Of a stretch of DNA of 64,000 nucleotides, positions 40,879-50,700 are shown piece by piece. The notes beneath the pieces are model-generated. The model saw only the letters and a list, made by a program, of their open reading frames with translations, had not been told where the DNA came from and did no database searches. Made by a program: the position numbers and the translations under genes. Numbering within the stretch: the stretch's first letter is position 1; each line of letters begins with the position of its first letter. This DNA comes from a bacterium (GTDB taxonomy: Bacteria; Patescibacteriota; Minisyncoccia; Phycocordibacterales; JAKAEA01): positions 925 through 64,924 of the forward strand of contig JAJYGQ010000017.1 in the NCBI GenBank assembly GCA_021785065.1, read 5' to 3'.

Positions 40879-43800
40879 TTACAGTGCTTTGGCTTTTTCT
40901 ATAACAATGCTCGGCGCATCATTGCGTTTAGAGAGGCGCCCTTTAACGGCGATACAGGCATCGGGCATAAATAACTCGGGGTATTGCTTAAGGGTTTTAG
41001 GAAACACCACACCTTCCATAGAGCCGGTGTAGTCAGCGATTTTTATGAAGAGCATTTTTTCATTTTTCTTTGTTGAAAATTGCTTCACCTCTTCCAGCAG
41101 ACCGTAGGCGACGATAGAGGCGCCCTCCGGCATTTCTTTAAGGCGAGCGATGGGCGAGGTGGTGCCGTCTTTTTGTTTTGCTTCAAGTTTTTCGCGGTGT
41201 GCGTCGAGTGGGTGACCCGAAACATAAAGGCCGAGCAATTCTTTTTCCCAAGCGAGTCGCTCGGTGGGGTTGGCGATGGCGGCAGGCTTGAGGCGGAGCG
41301 TTGGCACACTGGACGTGTCACTCATTAATGTGAAGAGCGAATCTTCGCCGTTGCCCGCTGCGGCTGCTTCTTTGCTATAAGCGAGCAGATCATCGATATT
41401 ACCGAGCAGTTGACCGCGTTCGCATTTTTGCGTTTCATCGAGCGGCAACTCATCAAGAGCACCAGCTTTGATAAGCGCCTCGAGCGACTTGCGGTTGAGG
41501 TTGCGATCTTTAACTCGTGTTAAGAAATCAGTAAGCGATTGAAAGGTGCCACCCGCTTTGCGTTCAGCAATGATAGCGTCAGCGATTCCTTCACCAACAT
41601 TTTTAATAGTGTAGAGGCCGAAACGAATGGCGTCAGCGCCAGCAGCGCCTTGGTAATTTTTAATAACCGTAAAGCCGCCAAAACTTTCGTTAATATCCGG
41701 CGGGAGCACGGGAATTTTCATTCGTATGCATTCGGCGATAGTTTCCGCAATGGTTTCAATATTGCCGCTTTCGGCGGTGAGCACGGCACACATATACACC
41801 GCCGGAAAATTCGCTTTCATATACGCGGTTTGATAGGCCACGCGACCGTAGCTCGCGGCGTGAGCCTTATTGAAACCGTAGGCGGCAAACGGCTCAATCA
41901 ATTTCCAGAGAGTCTCGGCTTTTTGCGGACTCATGCCGTGTTCGAGCAAGCCTTTCATGAGCTTGTCTTTTTCGGCTTGCATGACTTCAGGAATTTTTTT
42001 ACCCATCGCCTTGCGAAATTTATCAGCCTCCAACCACGAATAGCCGGCAAGTTTGATGGCGGTGAGCAATACGTCGTCCTGATACACGAGCAAGCCGTAC
42101 GAAAAACCAAGATACTCTTTCATGCGCGGGTCAAGATAGGTAACAAGCGCGGGATTGTGTTTACGCTCGATGTATTGAGGGATTACTTCCATCGGTCCGG
42201 GGCGATAGAGAGCCACCATTGCGTTAATATCGTGAATCGTGCTCGGCCGCAGCTCTTTAAGAAAGCGCGTCATACCGCTGCCATTTAACTGAAAGAGGCC
42301 AATCGTCTCGCCGCGCGCGAGCATTTTGAAAGTTTTTGTATCATCGAGCGGAATGTGTTCAATATCGACGTCGGCGTTTTCTATTTTTTTAGCCAACTTG
42401 ACGGCGTCAGCGAGGATAGCTAGGTTGCGAATGCCGAGAAAGTCGAATTTTAGCAGGCCAGCATCTTCAACCGACCACATATCGTATTGAGTGATGATTT
42501 TTCCGCCGCTGCCGTCGCCAGAACTTTTAGGATCAATTTGCAGTGGCACGAAATCGGTGAGGGTGGTAGGCGCCATCACCACACCGGCAGCGTGCACGGA
42601 AATGTGGCGAGCGCGCCCCTCGATTTTTTTCGCCGTGTCGATAATTTCTCGCACCTCTGTTTCATCGTCATAAATTTTTTGCAATTCTGGCTCAAGTTCC
42701 ATAGCTTTAGCGATGGTCATCGGCATACCTTGGCTGCCCATAGGAATGAGTTTAGCGATGCGATCGCCGGTAGTGTATGGATAGCCCAATGCGCGCGCCA
42801 CATCGCGTACCGAGCCGCGAGCCATCATCGTGCCAAACGTACCAATCTGAGCAACTTTCTCATAACCGTATTTTTGCTTAGCGTATTCCAGCATCTCGTC
42901 GCGACGATTGTCGGCATAATCCATATCGATATCGGGCGCGCTTGGTCGCTCGGGGTTCAAGAAGCGCTCGAAAGGTAAATGATATTCGAGTGGATCAACG
43001 TTGGTGATGCCAGCAAGATAGGTAGCAAGCGAACCAGCCACCGAGCCGCGAATGGTCGTAAGAATTCCTTGTTCGTGGGCGTGACGAAGCAGGTCGGCCA
43101 CGACAAGAAAATAAGGGGCGTAGCCTTTAGTCTTAATAACGGAAAGCTCGTACTCAATGCGCTCGCGTACTTTTTTAAGCTGCTCGGCATCAGTATATTT
43201 TTTATCAAAACCGCGTTTGAAAAAACCCTGCTCGACCGATTGGCGCAACGCTTCGTCGGCGCTCGTGATGCCGGCGGGCAGAGCGAAATCGGGGAATACC
43301 CATTTACCAAGAGTGATTTCTATATCGCACATTTCGGCGATTTTTGCGCTGTTTTCTATGGCTTCCGGCGTACTTTTAAAAAGTTTCTCGGCCGCTTCGC
43401 CGGAAATAAAAGAAAAATTTTCTTCAGCGTCTTCAAAACCGCCGCGCTCTAAAGCGTCCCCATTTTGCTGGATCGATTGCAGGGTTTCGCGTGCCAAGCG
43501 ATCATCTTGCGAGAGGTAGTACACGTCGTGCGCGGCAACCAGCGGCACCTGAGCGCGTTTGGAAAATGCCACCAACTTTTCCATCGCTTCTTCGTGATTG
43601 GGAATTTCCGGATGGTGGGTGAGCTCAAGAAAAAATGTATCAGCACCAAAAACTTTTTGATAATACTTTACTAGTTCAAGCGCTTTCTCTTCATCGGCAG
43701 CCTTGAGGGCAGCCACAATGTCGCCAGAAAATGAGGGAGAAATACACACCAAGCCCTCGGCATATTTTTCTAAAAGTTCACGATCGACGCGTGGTTTGTA

Positions 43801-44148
43801 ATAGAATCCTTCTAAATAAGAGTCGGTGACTAGGCGCAGTAAATTTTTATAGCCAATCGTATTTTTCGCAAGAAGGACGAGTCGCTGGCGGCGATTGTCG
43901 ACGCCGGTTTGTTTGTCGTGGCGAGTGCGCGCTGCCATGTAGCAGTCAACGCCGATGATTGGTTTAATTTCTTGTTTTTTACATTCTTTATAAAATTCAA
44001 TAGCGCCGTAGAGATTACCGTTATCAGTCAGAGCAAGCGCTTGCATGCCCGCGGCTTTAGCGGCGTCCACAAGCTCATCGACTTTAGGTAAAGCCGAGAG
44101 CAAGGAATAGTGCGAATGGACGTGTAGGTGAACGAATCGAGAAGACAT
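40879..44148 (-). CDS. dnaE: DNA polymerase III alpha subunit
   Basis: PHP HLHVHS, RGS.AGS, PDIDMD, KFDFLG, YGFNKAH. Confidence 0.97.
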   Translation of the reverse strand: MSSRFVHLHVHSHYSLLSALPKVDELVDAAKAAGMQALALTDNGNLYGAIEFYKECKKQEIKPIIGVDCYMAARTRHDKQTGVDNRRQRLVLLAKNTIGYKNLLRLVTDSYLEGFYYKPRVDRELLEKYAEGLVCISPSFSGDIVAALKAADEEKALELVKYYQKVFGADTFFLELTHHPEIPNHEEAMEKLVAFSKRAQVPLVAAHDVYYLSQDDRLARETLQSIQQNGDALERGGFEDAEENFSFISGEAAEKLFKSTPEAIENSAKIAEMCDIEITLGKWVFPDFALPAGITSADEALRQSVEQGFFKRGFDKKYTDAEQLKKVRERIEYELSVIKTKGYAPYFLVVADLLRHAHEQGILTTIRGSVAGSLATYLAGITNVDPLEYHLPFERFLNPERPSAPDIDMDYADNRRDEMLEYAKQKYGYEKVAQIGTFGTMMARGSVRDVARALGYPYTTGDRIAKLIPMGSQGMPMTIAKAMELEPELQKIYDDETEVREIIDTAKKIEGRARHISVHAAGVVMAPTTLTDFVPLQIDPKSSGDGSGGKIITQYDMWSVEDAGLLKFDFLGIRNLAILADAVKLAKKIENADVDIEHIPLDDTKTFKMLARGETIGLFQLNGSGMTRFLKELRPSTIHDINAMVALYRPGPMEVIPQYIERKHNPALVTYLDPRMKEYLGFSYGLLVYQDDVLLTAIKLAGYSWLEADKFRKAMGKKIPEVMQAEKDKLMKGLLEHGMSPQKAETLWKLIEPFAAYGFNKAHAASYGRVAYQTAYMKANFPAVYMCAVLTAESGNIETIAETIAECIRMKIPVLPPDINESFGGFTVIKNYQGAAGADAIRFGLYTIKNVGEGIADAIIAERKAGGTFQSLTDFLTRVKDRNLNRKSLEALIKAGALDELPLDETQKCERGQLLGNIDDLLAYSKEAAAAGNGEDSLFTLMSDTSSVPTLRLKPAAIANPTERLAWEKELLGLYVSGHPLDAHREKLEAKQKDGTTSPIARLKEMPEGASIVAYGLLEEVKQFSTKKNEKMLFIKIADYTGSMEGVVFPKTLKQYPELFMPDACIAVKGRLSKRNDAPSIVIEKAKAL

Positions 44149-44171
44149 AGTAGGATTATACTATCAGACGT

Positions 44172-44783
44172 ATGGCTGCGCATTCTTATGTTATTGGGAT
44201 CGATGAAGTTGGTCGCGGTCCGCTGGCTGGGCCGGTGACGCTCTGTGCCTGCGCCGTTTCCGCACAAACACTTGCGCGCGTTTTTTCTCACGACATGCGA
44301 GGAATTAAAGACTCTAAAAAATTAACGCCCGCCGCGCGCGAAATTTTTTTCGCGATGGCAAAACGTTTGCGGCGCGAGAAAAAAATCAACTATGCCGTGT
44401 CGCACGTGAGCGCTTCGGTGATTGACCGCAAGGGGATTGCTCAGGCGATTGCTATAGCGATTGCCCGCTGTTTACAGAAACTTAATATTTCTCCTCACCA
44501 TGTTCATATTTTTCTTGATGGTAGCTTGAGGGCGCCGCAAAAATTTACTCATCAGAAAACTATCATCGGTGGCGACCAGTCGGTGCCAATTATCTCCCTT
44601 GCGTCAGTTATCGCAAAAGTGACTCGCGATAGAAAAATGACGCGCTTAGCGAAACAGTTTCCGCACTATGGTTTGGAGGTACACAAGGGTTATGGCACCT
44701 TGGTCCATCGTCGGGCTATTCAAAAATACGGTCTTTCGGCGCTCCACCGCCGCACTTTTTGTCAAAAATTCCTTGACAAATAG
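44172..44783 (+). CDS. rnhB: ribonuclease HII
   Basis: GIDEVGRGPLAGPV, DSKKL, ASVIAKV.RD, HKGYGT. Confidence 0.96.
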   Translation: MAAHSYVIGIDEVGRGPLAGPVTLCACAVSAQTLARVFSHDMRGIKDSKKLTPAAREIFFAMAKRLRREKKINYAVSHVSASVIDRKGIAQAIAIAIARCLQKLNISPHHVHIFLDGSLRAPQKFTHQKTIIGGDQSVPIISLASVIAKVTRDRKMTRLAKQFPHYGLEVHKGYGTLVHRRAIQKYGLSALHRRTFCQKFLDK

Positions 44784-44860
44784 GCTCTAATATGCTATCA
44801 TTACGCCGGCTCTAAAGAATGGTTCTTTAGAGAATTTTTGTTTTTTGAAAGGAGGCCGTT
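44773..44860 (+). promoter_or_regulatory. sigma70 promoter + boxA-like motif in hairpin + SD
   Basis: TTGACA-17bp-TATCAT; CTCTAAAGAA/TTCTTTAGAG stem; AAAGGAGG. Confidence 0.7.
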
Positions 44861-45823
44861 ATGGCCACGCGTATTACCCAAATTCTGTTTCCAACCAATT
44901 GCAGCGTTGGGGACCTGATCGGCCTCCATCTGTTGCGACGGTGTGGGGAGACCACATTTCCTGGCGTTGCTACGGCACGTTTGGAAACATTTAATGGTAA
45001 TCTCGGCGATCAAACCCACCAAAAGTGGATTGACCGTGGGATTTTCGTAATTGGCATAAAGCCATACGAAAGTCCGGCTTTTGTGTCGATTGCAGAAATT
45101 CTCAATCTGCACAAACACCCATTCTATGGTCACCTCATAAAAAGGGTGTGGCCGGAATTTTGCTCGACGTGCGAGAGTTCTGCCGAAATCGGCAAAATCC
45201 TCGCGCATCTACGAAAGCACAATCCGGCGGGGCTTCTGCCTTGGACGGCGGCGATTTTTAACGCCGACCTCGAGAGACAGAAAGCTTTCCTTAAGGCGCA
45301 GAGTCAGTTGTCCGCGCCTCCTTCTAGGAAGGAGGAAGAACAACTGCCTTCCGGTAGCATTCACTTTGAAGTCGTGGTGCCGGCAGATAAGTCGGCGCTA
45401 CCAATCAAGGGTGTTGTTGTCGCTTCTGATAGCGACAACATGATTGCTGCTGCCCGTTCCCGGCGGATCGCTATCCTAATTCAGGTGCGATCCACGGGGC
45501 ATACCCATCTCTTTTGCTTCTCTCCCGCCATCGACATGAAGTTTGTCGTAGCAGAGATGCGGAAGAAGATACTGAGGTTAGCAGGTCAGAGTAAGAAGGC
45601 CGTTGCTAGTATCACTGCCGAACACCTCCAAGAAGAGGGGGTCATTTCTGAAGTCCCCAATGTGAACTTCACGATTCGGCGCGATATCGACGGGCGGGTT
45701 ACTGGTCAGTCGGTGGTGAATACTCATACGGAAAATCCGATTGGGTTACCTCCAGCAGATATTGAGGCTGTAATCCGGCGCTCGATATTTGTGAACGGTA
45801 ACATTGAGGTGACGGCAGCATAG
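44861..45823 (+). CDS. hypothetical protein
   Basis: 320-aa ORF with own promoter, SD and terminator; no confident family. Confidence 0.7.
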   Translation: MATRITQILFPTNCSVGDLIGLHLLRRCGETTFPGVATARLETFNGNLGDQTHQKWIDRGIFVIGIKPYESPAFVSIAEILNLHKHPFYGHLIKRVWPEFCSTCESSAEIGKILAHLRKHNPAGLLPWTAAIFNADLERQKAFLKAQSQLSAPPSRKEEEQLPSGSIHFEVVVPADKSALPIKGVVVASDSDNMIAAARSRRIAILIQVRSTGHTHLFCFSPAIDMKFVVAEMRKKILRLAGQSKKAVASITAEHLQEEGVISEVPNVNFTIRRDIDGRVTGQSVVNTHTENPIGLPPADIEAVIRRSIFVNGNIEVTAA

Positions 45824-45843
45824 CTGTTCCGCCACCCCAACCC

Positions 45844-45877
45844 AGCCCTGCGGCGAGAAATCGTTGCGGGGCTTTTT
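45844..45877 (+). terminator. intrinsic terminator
   Basis: AGCCCTGCGGCGA-gaaa-TCGTTGCGGGGCT-TTTT. Confidence 0.8.
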
Positions 45878-45928
45878 ATTGTGTGAATTCTTGCGTAAAA
45901 AAGGGTTTTCGGGTAGAATGGCTGGTCT

Positions 45929-46156
45929 ATGGTTAATCACATGCGACATACTCGGGCTCACACCGGTAACCGCCGTTCTCATCATGGCTTGAAAAATCAG
46001 GCTTTGGGTTTTTGCTCTAAATGCGGCTCAGCCAAGCCGGCACATGCAATGTGTCCTCACTGCGGCTTTTATCGCGATCGCACGGTGGTAGATGTCCAAG
46101 CCGCTCTCCTCAAGAAAACTGAACGCCAAAAGAAGCGCGCCGCCAAGACTGCGTAA
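45929..46156 (+). CDS. rpmF: 50S ribosomal protein L32
   Basis: RRSH...CSKCG...H..CPHCGFY. Confidence 0.93.
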   Translation: MVNHMRHTRAHTGNRRSHHGLKNQALGFCSKCGSAKPAHAMCPHCGFYRDRTVVDVQAALLKKTERQKKRAAKTA

Positions 46157-46216
46157 TACACAGCCCCTCTATTTTGTCTAAGCAGCATGCGTGCTACACT
46201 GAAAGGAAATTCGGCT

Positions 46217-47128
46217 ATGGCGAATCGGCACCTTTCACGTTCACTCGTTCTCCAGTCCCTGTATGAATGGGACTTTAATCATCATGGCGATGCTGACATC
46301 GCTGCTATTATTAAACGTAATCAACAAGAGTTTGGTGAAAATCAAACTGATGAACAATTTGCGCAAACGCTTGCTCGCGGTGTGCTGGCGAAACGCGGTG
46401 AGCTCGACACGATTATCGCGAAGGCCGCGCCCGATTGGCCTTTGGAAAAAATTTCTGTAATGGATCGTAATATTTTGCGCATCGGCCTCTACGAGCTGCT
46501 GTTTTCTGATCGCGCTGAAGTGCCAGCAAAAGTGGCGATCAATGAGGCTATTGAATTGGCAAAAGCCTACGGCGGCGAAACGTCGGGGCGCTTTGTGAAT
46601 GGTGTTGTCGGCGCGGTGTATAAAGAAATTGGCGAGCCAGGTAAGGAGGAAGTTTCTAAACGACAAAATGGTGCCGGTGCCGCCGGCGGCAAAAAAGAAA
46701 TCCCCACTCAGCACCTGGGCGGCGCGGTAGTGTTTGCGCGCGAAGGTGAAGAGGTGTACTTGGCACTGGTGCACGATGTCTTTGGGCACTGGACCTTGTC
46801 GAAGGGTGGTATCGATGCGGGTGAAAGTGTTGAAGATGGTACGTTGCGAGGCATTCGCGAAGAGCTCGGTCTTAAAGATTTAACTATTAAAGATAAACTC
46901 GACGAAAACACTTATACCGCTTACAATCCCGAGAGCGGCAAAAAGAAAAAACACGTTACTTACTTCTTACTCCAATCGCCGTTTACGGATTTAAAGCTTG
47001 AAGAGAAAGGCGGCCTCGACGATGCTAAGTGGTTTAAGCTTAAAGATATTTTAGATCTTAATTTTTACAACGATATTTTGCCTATTGTCACAAAAGCAAT
47101 AAATTTGATTTTAGCGCAAAAAAGTTGA
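46217..47128 (+). CDS. nusB: NusB fused to C-terminal NUDIX domain
   Basis: R...LQSLYE, DRNILR, VAINEAIELAK..G...FVNGV; then WTLSKGG...GE.......R.IREELG. Confidence 0.9.
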   Translation: MANRHLSRSLVLQSLYEWDFNHHGDADIAAIIKRNQQEFGENQTDEQFAQTLARGVLAKRGELDTIIAKAAPDWPLEKISVMDRNILRIGLYELLFSDRAEVPAKVAINEAIELAKAYGGETSGRFVNGVVGAVYKEIGEPGKEEVSKRQNGAGAAGGKKEIPTQHLGGAVVFAREGEEVYLALVHDVFGHWTLSKGGIDAGESVEDGTLRGIREELGLKDLTIKDKLDENTYTAYNPESGKKKKHVTYFLLQSPFTDLKLEEKGGLDDAKWFKLKDILDLNFYNDILPIVTKAINLILAQKS

Positions 47129-47139
47129 ATACTCTGTAT

Positions 47140-47835
47140 ATGGTAAAGGATTTTTCCCGATTTGAAGAAAGTGTGGGGGTGGTATTTAAAGATAAGACGC
47201 TGTTGCAGCAAGCGTTTACGCATCGCTCGTACTTGAATGAGAATAAAGCAGTTGGCCTGGCTGATAACGAGCGCTTGGAATTTCTGGGCGATGCCGTGTT
47301 GCAATTAGCAGTGACGAGTCATCTTTTTAAACTCTATCCCGATCGGCCGGAAGGTGAGCTCACGAGCGTTCGGTCGGCATTGGTTAATACCCAGACGCTC
47401 AGCAAGTTGGCGACTGATGCTGGCATGAATGATTTTCTCTTGCTTTCGCGCGGTGAACAAAAAGATACGGGCCGCGCCCGCACTATTATTTTGGCTGATG
47501 CGTTTGAAGCGCTTATTGGCGCGATGTATCTTGACCAAGGATACGCGGCGGCTGAGCAATTTATCGCCGCGAAAATTTTTCCGCTGGCAGCGGATGTGGT
47601 GGCTGAAAAAGCATGGCTCGATGCCAAATCGCGTTTTCAGGAAGCGGCCCAAGAGCACGTTGGTACTACCCCCGCCTATAAAACGATAAAAGAAAGCGGG
47701 CCCGATCACGATCGTATCTTTACCGTCGGCGTCTACCTAGGTAAGGAATTAATCGCGAGTGGCGAGGGCGCGTCGAAACAAGAAGCTGAACAAGAAGCGG
47801 CGCGTAAAGCGCTTGCTGCGCGCGGTTGGGCATAA
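47140..47835 (+). CDS. rnc: ribonuclease III
   Basis: NERLEFLGDAVL, ADAFEALIGA, C-terminal dsRBD. Confidence 0.97.
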   Translation: MVKDFSRFEESVGVVFKDKTLLQQAFTHRSYLNENKAVGLADNERLEFLGDAVLQLAVTSHLFKLYPDRPEGELTSVRSALVNTQTLSKLATDAGMNDFLLLSRGEQKDTGRARTIILADAFEALIGAMYLDQGYAAAEQFIAAKIFPLAADVVAEKAWLDAKSRFQEAAQEHVGTTPAYKTIKESGPDHDRIFTVGVYLGKELIASGEGASKQEAEQEAARKALAARGWA

Positions 47836-47845
47836 TTTTATTTGC

Positions 47846-50140
47846 ATGCGTCTCAAATCTCTCGAAATCAGCGGGTTCAAATCGTTTGCGAAAAAAGCAA
47901 CGCTAGAATTTTCCACGCCGATTACAGCGATTGTTGGGCCCAATGGCTCAGGCAAATCCAACGTGGCCGAAGCGTTTCGTTTTGTGCTCGGCGAGCAGTC
48001 GATGAAATCACTGCGCGGCAAGCGTGGCGAGGATTTGATTTTTAACGGCGGCGCGGCTGGCGGCCGACTCAATCGAGCGGCGGTCACTCTGCTTTTTGAA
48101 AATACTGATCGGGCACTCAATCTTGATTTTGATGAGGTATCACTGGCGCAGATCGTGCACCGCGATTCAGCGAATGATTATGCTATCAACAATTCGCCGG
48201 CGCGTTTGAAAGATATCGTTGAATTGCTGGCGGGCGCTCATATCGGTTCGTCGGGTCATCATATTATTTCGCAGGGTGAGGCTGACCGAATTTTGAATGC
48301 TAATTTGAAAGAGCGGCGCGAGATGATTGAAGACGCGCTCGGTTTAAAAATTTATCACTACAAGCGCGAGGAGAGCGAACGTAAGCTCGAGAAAACAGCG
48401 GAGAACATGAAGCAGGTGGAAAGTTTGCGTAAGGAAATTGCGCCGCATTTGCGCTTTTTGGAAAAACAGATGGAGAAGGTGGAAAAGACGGAAAAATTGC
48501 GCGGCGATCTCGTTGAGCAGGCAAAAGAATATTTTAAACGTGAAGAAATTTATGTGCGGGTGCACGGTGTGCGTTTGGCCAAAGAGGATCAACCAGTCGC
48601 TCGGCGCAAGGGTGAACTCGATCGGGAACTTACAGCAGCGAAGGCAGTGTTGGAGAAAGCGGCAACGCACGATGGTAAAAAAGACGCGACGACGAGTGCC
48701 TTACTTGATGTTGAGAGAAAAGTAGCGGCGGTGCGAGCGGAGCGAGAGGAGCTGTCGCACCGTGTTGGTCGGTTGGAAGGCGAAATTGCTTCGGAAGAAC
48801 GAACTATTCGCCGCGAAGAGGCGCTAGCAAAGAGTGAAGCGGGGAAAACCGTGCCGTTTGTTGAAATCGAAGCGGCTATTGCCACGGTGCACGAACGCTT
48901 AGCTGAGGCAGAAACGGCGAGCGACCCAAGTTTGTTCAAGAAAATTTCAATTTCTATTAAAGATTTTCTCAAGCAGTTTTTGCATCGCTATCACGATGCC
49001 GCTCAAAACGATTCTGTTATTGCGGCTAGTCGCGCTGACATCGAGCGACTCACCGCCGAGCGCACAGCGGCATCCGACAAAGCAAAAGCTCTGGCGGATG
49101 TTGAAACAGATTTAGTTGCTGAAATTGATCGCTTGCGCGAGACGATTGAAAAAGAAAAAGACACCAATCGCGACGCTGAGAAAGCGGTATTTCGCATTAT
49201 GGCCGAGCTCAATGAAATTAGTTCTAAACGAGCGACAATTCGCGCGCACCAAGAAACACTCGCTGCCATAGAAACCGCATTCAAGCATGACCTTGGTGAT
49301 GTGGCGACGTTGGCTGGGCGTGCCGTGCTTGATTTTGCACATTTCGCCATTGCTGGTGTTTCTGATGAAGATATTGCGAGTGAAGCGCGCGAGCGCCAAG
49401 AAGAGCGCCGCAAACAAATCGAGCGGCTAAAAATTCGTATTGAAGAAGCGGGCGCGGCTGGCGGCGAAGAGATTGCAAAAGAATATCGTGAGGCTAAAGA
49501 GCGCGATGAATTTCTTTCGCGCGAATTAGCTGATTTGGAAAAATCGGCGGAAACATTACAGACACTTATTGCTGACTTGGTAGAAAAACTTGATACTGAT
49601 TTTAAAAATGGCGTGCAGAAAATAAACGAGCAGTTCGGCAAATTTTTTACCCTTATGTTTGGTGGTGGCCAAGCCAAGCTCGAAGTAGTAAAAGCGCCGA
49701 CTCGAGTGCGCGCTAAAAAGTCCGACGATCTCGCCGACCTTACCGACTCATCAGAAGAAGAACTGATTGACGATGAAGACACCGAAGAGGGTATTGATAT
49801 CGCCGTTAGTCTCCCTAAAAAGCGCATTAAGGGTCTCACCATGCTTTCCGGCGGCGAGCGCGCGCTCACCTCCATCGCGCTTCTCTTTGCGATCTCTCAA
49901 GTTAATCCGCCACCCTTTATTATTCTTGACGAAACCGACGCGGCGCTCGACGAAGCCAACTCGCGCAAATATGGCGATATGATCGAAAACCTCTCGAAAT
50001 TTTCGCAGCTGATTTTAATTACCCATAATCGCGAGACGATGTCGCGCGCTGGCGTGCTCTATGGCGTTACCATGGGCAGCGACGGTGCCTCGAAACTTCT
50101 CTCTATAAAATTTGACGAAGCGGTGGCTGTGGCAAAGTAG
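47846..50140 (+). CDS. smc: SMC-family chromosome segregation ATPase (short, 764 aa)
   Basis: GFKSF, GPNGSGKSN, ISQG, LSGGE, ILDETDAALD, ITH. Confidence 0.9.
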   Translation: MRLKSLEISGFKSFAKKATLEFSTPITAIVGPNGSGKSNVAEAFRFVLGEQSMKSLRGKRGEDLIFNGGAAGGRLNRAAVTLLFENTDRALNLDFDEVSLAQIVHRDSANDYAINNSPARLKDIVELLAGAHIGSSGHHIISQGEADRILNANLKERREMIEDALGLKIYHYKREESERKLEKTAENMKQVESLRKEIAPHLRFLEKQMEKVEKTEKLRGDLVEQAKEYFKREEIYVRVHGVRLAKEDQPVARRKGELDRELTAAKAVLEKAATHDGKKDATTSALLDVERKVAAVRAEREELSHRVGRLEGEIASEERTIRREEALAKSEAGKTVPFVEIEAAIATVHERLAEAETASDPSLFKKISISIKDFLKQFLHRYHDAAQNDSVIAASRADIERLTAERTAASDKAKALADVETDLVAEIDRLRETIEKEKDTNRDAEKAVFRIMAELNEISSKRATIRAHQETLAAIETAFKHDLGDVATLAGRAVLDFAHFAIAGVSDEDIASEARERQEERRKQIERLKIRIEEAGAAGGEEIAKEYREAKERDEFLSRELADLEKSAETLQTLIADLVEKLDTDFKNGVQKINEQFGKFFTLMFGGGQAKLEVVKAPTRVRAKKSDDLADLTDSSEEELIDDEDTEEGIDIAVSLPKKRIKGLTMLSGGERALTSIALLFAISQVNPPPFIILDETDAALDEANSRKYGDMIENLSKFSQLILITHNRETMSRAGVLYGVTMGSDGASKLLSIKFDEAVAVAK

Positions 50141-50193
50141 ATTCTGTGAGTCGTCAATCTTGACCAAGATATTGAATTTGTTAAAATTAGAGT

Positions 50194-50280
50194 ACAGTGT
50201 GCTTCGGCACCCACTCACGTGATCTAGGGTTGTGTGAGAAGAAGTGAAAAGCCATTAAAGCATATCTTTAATGGCTTTTC
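50194..50280 (+). ncRNA. candidate small RNA convergent with the toxin gene
   Basis: Promoter-like TTGACC-16-TAAAAT, C(UUCG)G hairpin, G-U-rich hairpin, 15-bp terminal stem; ends approximate. Confidence 0.4.
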
Positions 50281-50635
50281 TCGTGATTTCGAAAAATTTT
50301 TTATCTAAAATACCTACTTTTTCTACTAAACGTCGACTGTCTATTGTTCGTAATTGAGAGATAATCACACACGATTTTTTACCCGATATATTGCCTATAA
50401 AAATTCTATATGGATGTTTATATATAGAGGTACTAAGAGGTACGACAAGACATATTTCTCCTAATGCTTTTATAATAATAATCGGTCGAATAAAATTTCT
50501 TCCAACACCATTTTGCTCAGAACCAATATTTTTTCCAAGTATACACCACCAAATTTCTCTAGGTCGGTAATATCGAGGTTTATGTGTCAAAACAATAAAT
50601 TTTTTCTTGCTGTTCCAAACGTCAAACTGGTCCAT
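50255..50635 (-). CDS. PemK/MazF-family endoribonuclease toxin
   Basis: EIWWC.LG.NIGSEQ.G...F.RP.III, VVPLST, SQLRTID.RRL; AT-rich. Confidence 0.88.
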   Translation of the reverse strand: MDQFDVWNSKKKFIVLTHKPRYYRPREIWWCILGKNIGSEQNGVGRNFIRPIIIIKALGEICLVVPLSTSIYKHPYRIFIGNISGKKSCVIISQLRTIDSRRLVEKVGILDKKFFEITRKAIKDML

Positions 50636-50700
50636 GTATATACTCTAATGGACGGAGAATAAAAATCTCGTAAATTTTTTATCGAGAAAATATAAAAAAA

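Noticed and set aside
49003-49875. 290-aa ORF
   Set aside because: Antisense shadow of the smc coiled coil.
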